64,000 nt of DNA from contig JANJGN010000140.1 of assembly GCA_026770705.1 (NCBI GenBank), forward strand, positions 620,001 to 684,000. Reading direction: 5' to 3'. Shown piece by piece: positions 63,978 through 64,000 of the stretch. The translations under genes and the position numbers were made by a program. The DNA is from Isurus oxyrinchus (lineage: Eukaryota). A model generated the notes under the pieces. It was not told where the DNA came from. It saw only the letters and a program-made list of their open reading frames with translations, and did not search any database. Numbering within the stretch: position 1 is the first letter of the stretch; the number at the start of each line of letters is the position of its first letter.

Positions 63978-64000
63978 ATGTGCAGGTTTGGAATTGCAGA
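63978..64000 (+). other. Possible start of a leaderless supporting TCR V-delta exon (truncated by the window end)
   Basis: Strong polypyrimidine acceptor cactttcctccttttccgctgtcag|AT, ~580 nt after the NAR-TCR J donor; phase 1 gives DVQVWNCR. Confidence 0.4.

Overview
Cartilaginous-fish (shark-type) antigen-receptor region, repeat-rich, with one assembly gap (32295-32465). Its centre is a complete, apparently intact IgM heavy-chain cluster on the + strand: leader, VH with 23-RSS, D1 (12/22), D2 (12/12), JH (23), CH1-CH4 with secretory tail, and TM1/TM2 (25130-43483). About 17-19 kb downstream lie T-cell-receptor-locus segments: a TCR V-alpha/delta pseudogene (- strand) with a near-consensus CTCF motif 20 bp beyond its RSS, and a disabled NAR-TCR (IgNAR-like V plus J) cassette (+ strand) followed by a probable acceptor for a leaderless supporting V-delta at the window end. 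The IgM cluster therefore appears to sit in or next to the TCR-alpha/delta locus. Other notable points: a 1.8-kb G-rich, RGYW-rich tandem repeat in the JH-CH1 intron at the position of a tetrapod switch region; a CH2 domain with a 7-residue A-B loop deletion; an SCD5-like exon fragment in the intron; Penelope-like retroelements carrying minimal hammerhead ribozymes, including a palindromic mini-element with a TSD; an 8-kb 54-bp satellite; and many CR1/L2/RTE/SINE, ZNF and tRNA relics. Family assignments come from motif recognition only; no database searches were run.
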